Shown here: positions 18,512 through 27,921 of the stretch, piece by piece
Layout: each line of letters begins with the position of its first letter
Position numbering within the stretch: the stretch's first letter is position 1
Translations under genes and position numbers: made by a program
Assembly: GCA_943788295.1 (NCBI GenBank)
Contig: CALSPS010000002.1
Span: forward strand, 44,442-108,441
Source of the DNA: Candidatus Poseidoniaceae archaeon
Lineage (GTDB): Archaea > Thermoplasmatota > Poseidoniia > Poseidoniales > Poseidoniaceae
Length of the DNA stretch: 64,000 nt
Direction of reading: 5' to 3'
The notes under the pieces: generated by a model
What the model was told of the DNA's origin: nothing
Databases searched by the model: none
The model's input: only the letters and a program-made list of their open reading frames with translations

Positions 18512-19468
18512 TTGCGCCAATCCATCGACCAAGCCTCATTGATGGCGTGGTTTGCTGAGCATCAACGCAACTTGCCTTGGCGAGCCACGAAAGATCCGTG
18601 GGCCATTCTTCTCTCGGAAATTCTCTTGCAACAGACTCAAGTGAGTCGCGGCATTCTTTTTTGGCAACGCCTCTCCTCAAGGTACCCAACCGTTATCGAG
18701 ATGGCCTCATCCACCGAGGAGGAAGTGCTGCATCTATGGCAAGGTGCTGGGTACTACAGTCGAGCAAGACGTCTGTTTCAATTGTCCAAGCTCGTCTGTG
18801 AGTCTTCTGAACATGGAGGCTTCGATGGTGTTCTCCCAACCGATTCAAAGACCCTCAAAACTCTTCCAGGAATCGGCCCCTACACGGCCGCAGCGGTAGC
18901 AAGCATCGCCCATGGTGAGGCCGTCGCCTGTGTCGATGGGAACATTCGCAGAGTGATGGCGCGCCAAACTGCAAATGAGAACCCAAGTTCGAATTTGGTC
19001 CAAGAATGGGCTGATCAATCGCTTTGGAAAGCAGACGCTGGCAATTGGAATCAAGCGTTGATGGAACTGGGTGCAACCTTGTGCACGCCTAAGCGTCCTG
19101 ACTGTGCCGCCTGCCCCGTGCAGCCTTCATGCTCAGGCATGGCTGAACCAACTCGGTATCCAGCACCAAAAGTTCGCACCAAAAAGCGCCTTGATTTGAT
19201 GTGCATCCTCCGAGTAGATGAGAACGGTCTTCCTGAACTCGTTCAACGAGGTTCGACAGGGATCCTCGCAGGCATGTGGGGTCCAGTGATGGGCGAATCG
19301 CTTGATGTTGATTCTCTCACCTACCTTGGGGAAGTGCATCATGTTCTTTCTCACCGAGACATGCACATTCGTGTGTGGAAAGGCAAGGTGGAAACAGGCG
19401 TTGATCCAAAAAGCGTCCCGCTTTCGTCCTTGGATGTGAAAATACTCCGACTCGGTGACATAGATTGA
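18512..19468 (+). CDS. mutY: A/G-specific adenine DNA glycosylase (MutY).
   Basis: NLPWRATKDPWAILLSEILLQQTQV, HhH-GPD LPGIGPYTAAAVASIAHGE..A.VDGN..RV and the Fe-S loop CTPKRPDCAACPVQPSC. TTG start at 18512 is preceded by GGAGGTGG; ATG at 18542 (MAWFAEH) is an alternative. Confidence 0.9.
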   Translation: MRQSIDQASLMAWFAEHQRNLPWRATKDPWAILLSEILLQQTQVSRGILFWQRLSSRYPTVIEMASSTEEEVLHLWQGAGYYSRARRLFQLSKLVCESSEHGGFDGVLPTDSKTLKTLPGIGPYTAAAVASIAHGEAVACVDGNIRRVMARQTANENPSSNLVQEWADQSLWKADAGNWNQALMELGATLCTPKRPDCAACPVQPSCSGMAEPTRYPAPKVRTKKRLDLMCILRVDENGLPELVQRGSTGILAGMWGPVMGESLDVDSLTYLGEVHHVLSHRDMHIRVWKGKVETGVDPKSVPLSSLDVKILRLGDID

Positions 19469-19469
19469 T

Positions 19470-19490
19470 GCAGGAACAGACGTTTCCTGC
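19470..19490. terminator. Perfect 7-bp stem / 7-nt loop hairpin between convergent genes.
   Basis: GCAGGAA-cagacgt-TTCCTGC lies in the 32-nt spacer between the mutY stop (19468) and the stop of the minus-strand membrane protein (19501). Confidence 0.35.
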
Positions 19491-19500
19491 GACGAATCCT

Positions 19501-20229
19501 CTAAGCGCCAATCGTTGGTTTCTCTTGGCGTGCCTCGGCAAGGTCGTGGTCAAAGGACGCTAACATCATGACGACGCTAAAGAAAAACAGGTATTCAGCG
19601 GGAGCAGCGATGTTGATCGAGGATTGGGCGAGGTTCATCACTTCGGTGCCTCCAGTCAATCCCTGCTCGAGGACCAACCGGCGAGCAGACTGAGCGAGTG
19701 CGAGGTTCATCACGAGGTAGGATAGCCCTCCAATGGCCAACCATACTCGCCGCTTTTCATGGCCAGTTCCTCGTTTGTGCGAGTTCGAGGCATGCATGCT
19801 GTACGACCAAACATAGGCTCCAACAAACGTGATGGAGGCAAAAATAACGTGAATCACAAGATGCTCATGCATGCTAAACCAAGACAACAAGATGGTTGAG
19901 ATGCCCGTGATCATCCCGCTTGATTGAGCGATCGTTCTCAGTCGTGTGTTGTGTGAGAGGTCCAGTGCATGGGGGAGCCTCAAGGCAAGACAACACAGCA
20001 TCAGTCCGGTTGCGTTCAAACCGCCCCTGAACACCATTCGTTCCAAACCGGGGAAATCTGATTCTGAAATGAAAAACGGGATGGCTCTTGCGTTCCCTGA
20101 AAGAGCGTGGATTGCCATGGAGGCAGTGCACGCGCAAAGCATGGTCATCCACGCAGTGCGCAACAATAAGCGGTCATCGACCTCGACGCCATTGAGGATG
20201 AGTCCATTTTTTCCAGAGAACTGAATCAT
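19501..20229 (-). CDS. Integral membrane protein (about 6 TM), function unknown.
   Basis: 242-aa hydrophobic ORF. Its ATG overlaps the stop of the upstream SDR gene (ATGA at 20226-20229), implying co-transcription. Confidence 0.55.
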   Translation of the reverse strand: MIQFSGKNGLILNGVEVDDRLLLRTAWMTMLCACTASMAIHALSGNARAIPFFISESDFPGLERMVFRGGLNATGLMLCCLALRLPHALDLSHNTRLRTIAQSSGMITGISTILLSWFSMHEHLVIHVIFASITFVGAYVWSYSMHASNSHKRGTGHEKRRVWLAIGGLSYLVMNLALAQSARRLVLEQGLTGGTEVMNLAQSSINIAAPAEYLFFFSVVMMLASFDHDLAEARQEKPTIGA

Positions 20230-21254
20230 TGGAACTCCCTCACCGTATCATGGATGCAATCGTCAAAAGAACGCCATTCGATGCCGAGCACGTCGGTTGC
20301 TTTCTGCGATGATAAGTTGGAATCCCCCTTGAAGTAGCCCTTGACGGCTTTTCTTGTCATCCGGCGAGGTGCGCCAAACAGGCCCATCAGCCAGTCTTGA
20401 AACACAACGATGAACATGAGGGATACGGGGATTGCTCGTTTTGGAGATTTCGTGTTCGGGTAGAGTTCACGGATGCGTTTGCACACAGCAGCAACTGTGG
20501 AATTGTTATGTGGCGCGAGAATGAACCGTCCTTCTGCCTCTTCGATTTCGTATGCTTTTCGATGCGCAAGAGCGACATCCGCTACGTGAACAAAGGCCAT
20601 TGGAATCTTTGGCGCTGCTGGAAAGACACCTTTCATGGCATCTTCAAACCACTCCACGCTCGGTGTTGGGCGTACAAACCCTCCACCCAGAACGCCGCCT
20701 GGATTGACGATTCGAACATCCAGCGACATCTCTTCGGCTAAAGCCCAAGCTAATTGTTCAGATTCCGTTTTGGCGATGACATAAGGCGAACTTCGATCGG
20801 TTTGCCAGTCGTTTTCAGTCTTCTCTCTCCCCTTTGGGGTCGAGCCGACGGCGGCGATGCTGGACGTGTAGACAATGCGCTGAATGCCACAAGTTTTTGC
20901 CGCAGAAAACAGGTGTTGAGTGCCAAGATTAGCCGTATCAATGATGGTTGTTGCCTCTCCACTCGTGGCGTACACTGTTGCTGTATGGAACAAACCATCG
21001 CACCCGTTTAGGTGGCCTTCCCAAACATCAGCATCCAAGACATCCCCTTCGACCAGTTCGAGCCGTTCAGGGACGCCCAAATCGATGGCGTGCTGACGAA
21101 CATGATCGACCTTCTTTGGGTCGTTTAAATCTCGAACAGAGCCTTTGAGCGAGTACCCATGAGCAAGAAGGTCACGGACGATGTGATTGCCAATGTGGCC
21201 GTTCACCCCTGTGACGAAAATCGTCTGCCCGTTCGCAACAATTTCCTCGCTCAT
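20226..21254 (-). CDS. NAD(P)-dependent epimerase/dehydratase-family reductase (extended SDR, dihydroflavonol/cinnamoyl-CoA reductase-like).
   Basis: IFVTGVNGHIGNHIV (GxxGxxG) and catalytic YVIAK (YxxxK). Confidence 0.75.
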   Translation of the reverse strand: MSEEIVANGQTIFVTGVNGHIGNHIVRDLLAHGYSLKGSVRDLNDPKKVDHVRQHAIDLGVPERLELVEGDVLDADVWEGHLNGCDGLFHTATVYATSGEATTIIDTANLGTQHLFSAAKTCGIQRIVYTSSIAAVGSTPKGREKTENDWQTDRSSPYVIAKTESEQLAWALAEEMSLDVRIVNPGGVLGGGFVRPTPSVEWFEDAMKGVFPAAPKIPMAFVHVADVALAHRKAYEIEEAEGRFILAPHNNSTVAAVCKRIRELYPNTKSPKRAIPVSLMFIVVFQDWLMGLFGAPRRMTRKAVKGYFKGDSNLSSQKATDVLGIEWRSFDDCIHDTVREFQ

Positions 21255-21311
21255 GGATTTCCGAAACGCCCAACCATCTTAACCTTCAAGTGAGGATGGG
21301 CTCACCCCAAC

Positions 21312-22808
21312 ATGAATCCCATGCCCATCCGCTTGCATGACACCCGCCGCCGAACCAAGGTCGATTTCACGACCATGGAACCAGGAAAGGTGTCCATGTA
21401 TGTCTGTGGCGTAACGGTCTATGACCGATGTCACCTTGGCCATGCCAGATGTTACCTTGCGTTTGATTTGATTCACCGCTGGCTCGAATCATCTGGTTTT
21501 GACGTTCATTATGTCCAAAATTTCACTGACATTGATGACAAAATCATCGTGAGAGCCAATGAATTGGATGGGGATTGGAAAGCGCTGGTGGACGCCAACA
21601 TCGAGGCCTACTACGAAGACATGGACGCCCTCAACATCTTGCGGGCTGACGATTACCCGCGATGCACTGAATACGTTGATGACATGATTCGAATCATACA
21701 GGATCTCATCGACAAAGATCATGCCTACCACGCCAATGATGGCGTCTATTTCCACATTGACTCCGCACCAGAAAAGTACGGTGCACTGACCGGGCAAAAC
21801 ATCGAAGCAGTCCGCTCAGGCGCAGGTGGTCGCGTTGACCTCACAGGTTCGGGAAAGCGAGATCACAAGGATTTCGCATTGTGGAAAGCAGCGAAACCGG
21901 GTGAACCAACCTGGGACTCGCCATGGGGGCCCGGTCGGCCCGGGTGGCACATAGAATGCACAGCGATGAGCATGGATCACTTTGGCGCTCAATTTGACAT
22001 TCATGGTGGTGGCCATGATTTGAGATTCCCCCACCACGAGGCAGAAATTTTCCAAGGCGAGTGTCACACTGGGTGCTCACCAGTTGTCCATCACTGGCTT
22101 CACAACGGTTTCGTGAACATCGATGGGGAAAAGATGAGTAAATCCCTTGGAAATTTTTGGACAATAAGCGACATCTTACAACAAGTCGATGCAATGGTGC
22201 TGCGGTTTGCATTGGTGAACGCCCACTACCGCTCACCAATTGATATGAATGAAACATTGTTGAAAAACGCAGAGCGCAATTACAACAAAGTGCTCGAGAC
22301 CTACGTGACAGCACTCAAGAATCGAATCACAGAAAAGCCAGTTGAATTGCCGCAAGCAGACATCACCTCCTCCCTCCCCCTTTCGAAATCACTCGGATTG
22401 TTAGAGAAAATGGGCGAAGGTTTCGCCAAGGCAATGGATGATGATTTCAACAGCCGTGAAGCGGTTGCCAAAGTGCTTGGGGCGGTGCGAGAGATGAGCA
22501 AAACCATGTCAAGTGATTTGGACGCTGCAGACGCAGATGCATTTGCTCACTATGCAGTGGACTGGCTTGAAGAAAGCGCTGGCGCTGTGCTTGGCGTGCT
22601 GCCTTCTCGAGAAATGGCCCTAGCAGAACCTGAAGAGGACCCTCGAAAGGCCGCTATTGCTGAACAAGTGGAAGATTTACTTCTTCAGCGTGGCGAAGCT
22701 CGTGGGGCGAAGGATTGGCCAAGAGCAGACAAGATACGTGATCAACTCGGGGAACTTGGCGTTATTGTGACCGATACTGCCTCTGGTCCCACTTGGGACC
22801 TCGCCTGA
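21312..22808 (+). CDS. cysS: Cysteine--tRNA ligase.
   Basis: [18 protein letters not shown] (HIGH region), WHIECTAM and KMSKSLGN. Confidence 0.95.
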   Translation: MNPMPIRLHDTRRRTKVDFTTMEPGKVSMYVCGVTVYDRCHLGHARCYLAFDLIHRWLESSGFDVHYVQNFTDIDDKIIVRANELDGDWKALVDANIEAYYEDMDALNILRADDYPRCTEYVDDMIRIIQDLIDKDHAYHANDGVYFHIDSAPEKYGALTGQNIEAVRSGAGGRVDLTGSGKRDHKDFALWKAAKPGEPTWDSPWGPGRPGWHIECTAMSMDHFGAQFDIHGGGHDLRFPHHEAEIFQGECHTGCSPVVHHWLHNGFVNIDGEKMSKSLGNFWTISDILQQVDAMVLRFALVNAHYRSPIDMNETLLKNAERNYNKVLETYVTALKNRITEKPVELPQADITSSLPLSKSLGLLEKMGEGFAKAMDDDFNSREAVAKVLGAVREMSKTMSSDLDAADADAFAHYAVDWLEESAGAVLGVLPSREMALAEPEEDPRKAAIAEQVEDLLLQRGEARGAKDWPRADKIRDQLGELGVIVTDTASGPTWDLA

Positions 22809-22811
22809 TGC

Positions 22812-25529
22812 TTACTCGGCTTCATCTGCAGCAGAATCCATCGCATCCATTGGTGGTGGCGCTGGAACGAAAACGGAGTCTGACGATGAAGGTTCAAGTT
22901 CCTCCTCATCCCAAATTTTCTCGATTCGCGCCTCCTCGCTCAGGTTCAAATCTTCTCCACCAGTTTTGCTGATTAAGAACAAACCAAGACCCATCACGAC
23001 CATGATTCCAACCATTGCCAACAGTGCTTTCTGCTTGATGTCCTCCGAATCTGATGCATCTGAATCAACCGCTGATGATCCGTCATCACCGGAATTTGGA
23101 TTGACGATGCAAGGAGGAAGGCTTCCATCCTCGCACAACACAATGGTGGTTCCATCGCCGTTGTCTGCGTTGTTTTGCCCATCACCGTTGTTTGTTGTGC
23201 CATCGTTTGTACCGGAACCATCGTTGGTGTTGGAGCCATCATTGCCTCCATCACTGTTTCCGCCCGTGTTGCCCCCGGTGTTGTCGTTGCTTCCAGTGTT
23301 GTCTTCAGTGTCTGTTCCAAGATTCACGTCAACCTCAATTCGGTTCCCATCAGCGTCCATTTCGATGTCATAATAGGCGTACAGTTGAGTGAGGTCAACA
23401 TGCGTGTTTCCGTGAGAACTTCGATTGATGACATCGAAGTATCGCTCATCACCTGTGGTGAAAATTGGATCGACGGTCATGTTCTTCAAACGGTTCTGAT
23501 TGTCTTTGTAATCGCCGTCAAACGAGCTCCCTAGCCAAGTGTTGATTTCAGCATCTGACATGCCAGATACATCGTTCCAATGTGTCTTGATGTCTTCAAA
23601 GTTATTTTGCATAGCCATGGTCATGCCTTCTTCGATGGAGGCCCATGTTTGGCTTCCGTCAGTTTCACTCAATGAGGTCACGTCGACTGCCTTGTTGACG
23701 CCTCCACCACTGATTGGCTCCCAATCATCTTGATTGATTGCAGTCATGATGTCAACGTCTCCAAACACGGCTTTGCCTTGGACGACCGTCAACCGAACAT
23801 CGGCATCGATGGATTCAATCAAGTTTCGATAAGGATCTTCATGGAAGGTGTCCATGACCACGAGGTCTGCGTACATCCCTGCCTTCAGTTGTCCGACAAA
23901 AGAGTCCCATTTTGCCGCCTTAGCCGGGTTGCTGGTGACCATTTTAGCCATGTCATAATCTGAAAAGTACGAGTCCATCACGTCCCTGTTCCACAGATCG
24001 GCTACCTTCAACTCGTGGAGGTTGTTCTTTGAGCCACTTGGACCCCAATCCGGTGCGATTGAGATTGGAACTCCTGCCGCATCAGCGGCACGAACATTGG
24101 TCGTGTTTCCGTAAAGGAGGAGGTTGGAGACTGGAGACCACACCAAGTCTGAACCAACTGTCGCCATCTTGTCGAATTGAGCACGGTCAAGAGCAGTCCC
24201 GTGAATCACAACGGTCTCATCCATGATGAGTCCCTTGTTCCAAAGAGCATCAAATTCTGCCTTACTGCTGCTGTCCACGCCTTCTGCGAGGTGAACAAAC
24301 CAACCGTTGAGGGAGCCAGATTGGTTCTGAGAAATCAAGTGACTTCCAGTGTAATCTGAATCAGCCGCACCACAGACTGCACAGGTCGTGATGCCATCTT
24401 GCCCGAAGTTGTACAACTCGATGTTCCTCGAAAGCATGCTGTCCCAAGCGTCGGTGTTTGAACCAGGGGATCCTTGGACGGCTGTCACGCCACCAGAGAC
24501 TGCTTGAACTTCTGCATACTTCATTTGCTCACTTGCCATGTCCCACCGGTTGTAGGACTGCACGTTTGTTTTCATCCATGTGATGCTTGGACCGTAGTCC
24601 CAGTTGTTGCCCCACTGGTACCTGTTGGTGTACCCACCTTCGTCGGAGCGTTGGTTTTCATTCAAGTGGACCTCAAAATCCCACAGCGGAATGTGGTTGT
24701 AATGCATGTGGTTGTGCAAGTCAATCAGACCGGGGTAAATCGTACCGTTGGTCTCAATGACAGGAACATTCGTCAAATCCACATTGGCTGGAATGGACAG
24801 GTCGGATGACCACACGCCTTCGATTTTACCATCTCGGATCAGCACGTTTCCTTGGTTAAACACGCTGTCTTGGTTTTCCATGGTCACGACGCGTCCTTTG
24901 AGAATGTAAGCGTCCGAACTCTGCTCTTGCACCTTGTAACATTTGACGATGTTGACGGCAGTGTTGGATGCCGGGTCTTCGGGTCCAAATCCAGGTGTGG
25001 GCGTGACTTCAATGAGCGTGCCCGATGAATCTTCAACGACTGAATTGCCCCAAAACGCAAATTGCGGAGAAACGCTCATTGTGTCCATGACGGAGCCTGA
25101 GGTGTCTGAAACGGACACGGTTTCACCATCGAAATAATCCAACATGAGTCCCGAGTCGGCACTAAAAATAACGATTCGCCCATCGGCAGGAACTGTTGTG
25201 TTCCATGCAAGTTGACAAGGTGCACTGCCTGAGGTGATGCTCAAGATCCAATCTGAAACGTCCACTCCAGTTGAACCAGTGTTCCACAATTCAATGAATT
25301 GGTCGGAATATTTTCCATATTCGCCATCCCCATTCCAATCGACTGCGCCATAGATGTTCTGCGTGGTGTCATTGGAAACAAGATTGTTTGGGCTGATGAA
25401 GACTTCAGAGACCACAAGCGTTGATTCACGGCCCTGTGTCGGTGTCGAATCATTGCTTGCTCCTACGGTGAGGAGAGGTACGAGCATAATCAGTAGGACG
25501 AGGCCGGTGGCAAACTGCGTGAGGCGCAT
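22812..25529 (-). CDS. Secreted, C-terminally anchored protein with a lamin-tail-like (LTD) domain, an amidohydrolase domain, an N/G/D/T-rich stalk and a TM helix.
   Basis: ATG 25529 gives the signal MRLTQFATGLVLLIMLVPLLTVGA. LTD-like: VVSEVFISPNN...DQFIELWNTG...VDVSDW. Metal-dependent hydrolase: YPGLIDLHNHMHYNH, VHLAEG, IHGTAL. Low-complexity NTGGNTGGNSDGGNDGSNTNDGSGTNDG. The TM is ALLAMVGIMVVMGLGLFLI. Confidence 0.75.
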   Translation of the reverse strand: MRLTQFATGLVLLIMLVPLLTVGASNDSTPTQGRESTLVVSEVFISPNNLVSNDTTQNIYGAVDWNGDGEYGKYSDQFIELWNTGSTGVDVSDWILSITSGSAPCQLAWNTTVPADGRIVIFSADSGLMLDYFDGETVSVSDTSGSVMDTMSVSPQFAFWGNSVVEDSSGTLIEVTPTPGFGPEDPASNTAVNIVKCYKVQEQSSDAYILKGRVVTMENQDSVFNQGNVLIRDGKIEGVWSSDLSIPANVDLTNVPVIETNGTIYPGLIDLHNHMHYNHIPLWDFEVHLNENQRSDEGGYTNRYQWGNNWDYGPSITWMKTNVQSYNRWDMASEQMKYAEVQAVSGGVTAVQGSPGSNTDAWDSMLSRNIELYNFGQDGITTCAVCGAADSDYTGSHLISQNQSGSLNGWFVHLAEGVDSSSKAEFDALWNKGLIMDETVVIHGTALDRAQFDKMATVGSDLVWSPVSNLLLYGNTTNVRAADAAGVPISIAPDWGPSGSKNNLHELKVADLWNRDVMDSYFSDYDMAKMVTSNPAKAAKWDSFVGQLKAGMYADLVVMDTFHEDPYRNLIESIDADVRLTVVQGKAVFGDVDIMTAINQDDWEPISGGGVNKAVDVTSLSETDGSQTWASIEEGMTMAMQNNFEDIKTHWNDVSGMSDAEINTWLGSSFDGDYKDNQNRLKNMTVDPIFTTGDERYFDVINRSSHGNTHVDLTQLYAYYDIEMDADGNRIEVDVNLGTDTEDNTGSNDNTGGNTGGNSDGGNDGSNTNDGSGTNDGTTNNGDGQNNADNGDGTTIVLCEDGSLPPCIVNPNSGDDGSSAVDSDASDSEDIKQKALLAMVGIMVVMGLGLFLISKTGGEDLNLSEEARIEKIWDEEELEPSSSDSVFVPAPPPMDAMDSAADEAE

Positions 25530-25616
25530 GGGTGCCCCTTGAGCACCAAGCACATGAAGCCGTCGCACGGGAAATCTCCTGTGGTATTGAAGAACCTCCT
25601 CTCCTGACATCCCCTC

Positions 25617-25997
25617 ATGGCTGCTGTGAACCTTACTGAACCAGAATTTGCTGATGTTGTCGACACCAATGAAATTGTCCTGCTTGATTTTTGGGCAGAG
25701 TGGTGCGGGCCTTGCAAGGCGTACGGCCCGGTGTATGAACGAGTGTCCGAGGATTTTCCAGATGTCGTATTTGGCAAAATCGACACAGAAGCAGAGCCTC
25801 AACTCGCACAGGCATTCAACATTCGTTCAATCCCAACAACCATTGCCTTCAAGCAAGGCATTGGCGTTTTCATGCAACCTGGCGCCCTTCCAGAAGATGC
25901 TCTACGCGATCTTGTGACGAAACTTGGCGGCCTTGACATGGACGAAGTTCGAGCCGAACTTGAGGCCCAAAAGGCACAAGAAGATTCGGCAGAATAA
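25617..25997 (+). CDS. trxA: Thioredoxin.
   Basis: VLLDFWAEWCGPCKAYGPV...FGKIDTE....A..F.IRSIPT. Confidence 0.9.
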   Translation: MAAVNLTEPEFADVVDTNEIVLLDFWAEWCGPCKAYGPVYERVSEDFPDVVFGKIDTEAEPQLAQAFNIRSIPTTIAFKQGIGVFMQPGALPEDALRDLVTKLGGLDMDEVRAELEAQKAQEDSAE

Positions 25998-26022
25998 CCA
26001 CAGATTGTCTGGCTCTTGCCCC

Positions 26023-26028
26023 TTTTTT
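26023..26028 (+). terminator. Oligo-T tract (T6) downstream of trx, a candidate archaeal intrinsic terminator.
   Basis: GCTCTTGCCCCTTTTTTCA lies 26 nt after the trx stop, before the next gene's ATG at 26098. Confidence 0.35.
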
Positions 26029-26097
26029 CATCTCCTGCTGGTAAGGTGGCCGCCATTCCAGTGTTATCCAAGGAACCAATGCGTTCAAAAATCACTC

Positions 26098-27921
26098 ATG
26101 GCAGGGATGGCCATGCACCTGCGCACATTGTTCCTCGTTTCAGTGATGATGAGCGCCAGTCTTTCGGGTTGCTTCGGCGAACAAAAAATCGATGACGGTG
26201 GCATTGAAGCCCCCTACGATGTCTATCCAGAACCGTGGGACCGAACTGAAATGAAGTACGATGATTCAGATGTCTTTGCACGGGTAACCATCAACGGCTC
26301 TTATGGAATTGACCAAGTTCGTTCCGTCTTTGTCCCAGTCCCAAGCATCACAGCGGCAGATGGTGGGGCAGGCCTCACGGGAGGAGCGGAAGTTCATCTT
26401 GGATTGTGGCTACCAGTCATCGAAGGTTGCGATTGGGAATCTGGGAATGTTTCAGAGGAATGTCAAGTTCCAGTGATTGCTGAGGTTGGTCCTTACTACA
26501 ACGACGGGGACGTCGATGCCCTCACACCAGCCGACCGGTTAGGACGTATGCTGATTGAGAACTATGTTCCACACGGCTACGGCGTGGCCCAAGTGTCTGT
26601 GTTCGGCACAGGCGATTCAAACCACTGCATGGACTTGATGGGAACCGATGAACAACGAGGCATCGATGCTGCGGTAACTTGGCTCGGCACCCAAGGTTGG
26701 TCCAACGGAAAAGTTGGATTGATCGGTAAGTCGTACGACGGTTCTACCCCTTGGCAAGCAGCAACATTCGGCAACCCTCACTTAGCTACAATTGTTCCAA
26801 TGTCTGGCCTGATTGGCGTTCACGAATTGATGTGGCGCAACGGCAGCATGGAAGCACGGGGCATGATCATGCACAATGGCGTCTATGGCTCCTTTGGCGT
26901 TGATGGTGACGGAGGCGATGCCGAAAACCTCTGCGAAGGTTACATCCAAGGCTACGCAAATGGACCTGCAGCCTACCTGTCAGGTGGCATGGTTGACTAC
27001 GCTGGCAATGACTACTGGACCTCTCGCTCTTTCCTCGGAAGGGTTGTCGAGAATTACAACGGCTCGGTGTACATCATTCAAGGAATGCAAGATTGGAACG
27101 TCGATCCGCACATGGCGTTCCCCACTCACCAAATCGTCGAAGACGCAGGCCTCGAAGTCAAGACGTTAGCAGGTCAATGGGCGCACGATTATCCAGACCG
27201 ACGCACAGGCCATGAATCTCTTCCATCTGGCGAGGGTGCTGAAGCATACCCCTACACCCTTCGTTGGGATTGGGCTGATGAAATGCTCTACTGGTTCGAT
27301 TGGTACCTCCGCGACGAGGGCCGAGCCCCTACACTTGGTGTTGAAATGCAAGACAACCAAGGGGGATGGAGATTCGAAGCAACCTACCCTTCCGATGACA
27401 CTGAATACCTCATTGTCAATGCTGCCGAACTCAATCCTAGCAGCGCAGGCATGGTCACAACGACTGAAACGATCACGCTGACCTATGGGCCGTTTGAGGA
27501 GGACACCTACATTGCAGGAATGCCTTCATTCCACATTGCCGTGACTCCACACACAACGAACGGTGCTCACGCCTTTTTGGACATGACCGATTCCTCGGGA
27601 ATGCACCTTGGACACGCTGTGATGGATTTCAGATTCGCAGACGGTGGCCGTGATGGCACCGAATTGATGCCTGCTTTCTCAACCGTTATCGGGAAAATGG
27701 AATTCATGCCAATGGATGTGTTCATTGCAGCTGGCGAATCGATCACCATCACCATGACTCAAACAGGCCGTGACTACGTTCCTTCACCAGGGGCTGCAGG
27801 TGGCTACAGCGTAAACTGGGCCAGTTCAGAATTGACCCTCCCCATCGTCTACCGCACCTGTGAAGATTTATTCCAAGCACCTCTTCACCAATACGGTGAC
27901 GAAAGCGGTCGACTCTGTTGA
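26098..27921 (+). CDS. Secreted lipoprotein, X-Pro dipeptidyl-peptidase / CocE-NonD family (peptidase S15) hydrolase.
   Basis: ATG 26098 gives MAGMAMHLRTLFLVSVMMSASLSGC (lipobox-like). Nucleophile elbow GLIGKSYDGSTPWQAA (GxSYxG). A large C-terminal beta-sandwich region is typical of S15. Confidence 0.7.
   Translation: MAGMAMHLRTLFLVSVMMSASLSGCFGEQKIDDGGIEAPYDVYPEPWDRTEMKYDDSDVFARVTINGSYGIDQVRSVFVPVPSITAADGGAGLTGGAEVHLGLWLPVIEGCDWESGNVSEECQVPVIAEVGPYYNDGDVDALTPADRLGRMLIENYVPHGYGVAQVSVFGTGDSNHCMDLMGTDEQRGIDAAVTWLGTQGWSNGKVGLIGKSYDGSTPWQAATFGNPHLATIVPMSGLIGVHELMWRNGSMEARGMIMHNGVYGSFGVDGDGGDAENLCEGYIQGYANGPAAYLSGGMVDYAGNDYWTSRSFLGRVVENYNGSVYIIQGMQDWNVDPHMAFPTHQIVEDAGLEVKTLAGQWAHDYPDRRTGHESLPSGEGAEAYPYTLRWDWADEMLYWFDWYLRDEGRAPTLGVEMQDNQGGWRFEATYPSDDTEYLIVNAAELNPSSAGMVTTTETITLTYGPFEEDTYIAGMPSFHIAVTPHTTNGAHAFLDMTDSSGMHLGHAVMDFRFADGGRDGTELMPAFSTVIGKMEFMPMDVFIAAGESITITMTQTGRDYVPSPGAAGGYSVNWASSELTLPIVYRTCEDLFQAPLHQYGDESGRLC

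Noticed and set aside
18048-18689. 213-aa minus-strand ORF across the Fe-S oxidoreductase / mutY junction.
   Set aside because: It is antisense to two genes with strong family motifs, and its composition (Cys, Arg, Ser) suggests it is non-coding.
23100-23330. Repetitive-looking DNA encoding NTGGNTGGNSDGGNDGSNTNDGSGTNDGTTNNGDGQNNADNGDG. I considered it as a tandem repeat or hypervariable cassette.
   Set aside because: The repeats are imperfect at the nucleotide level with no fixed period. It reads as a low-complexity stalk/linker between the catalytic domain and the TM anchor, not a discrete repeat element.
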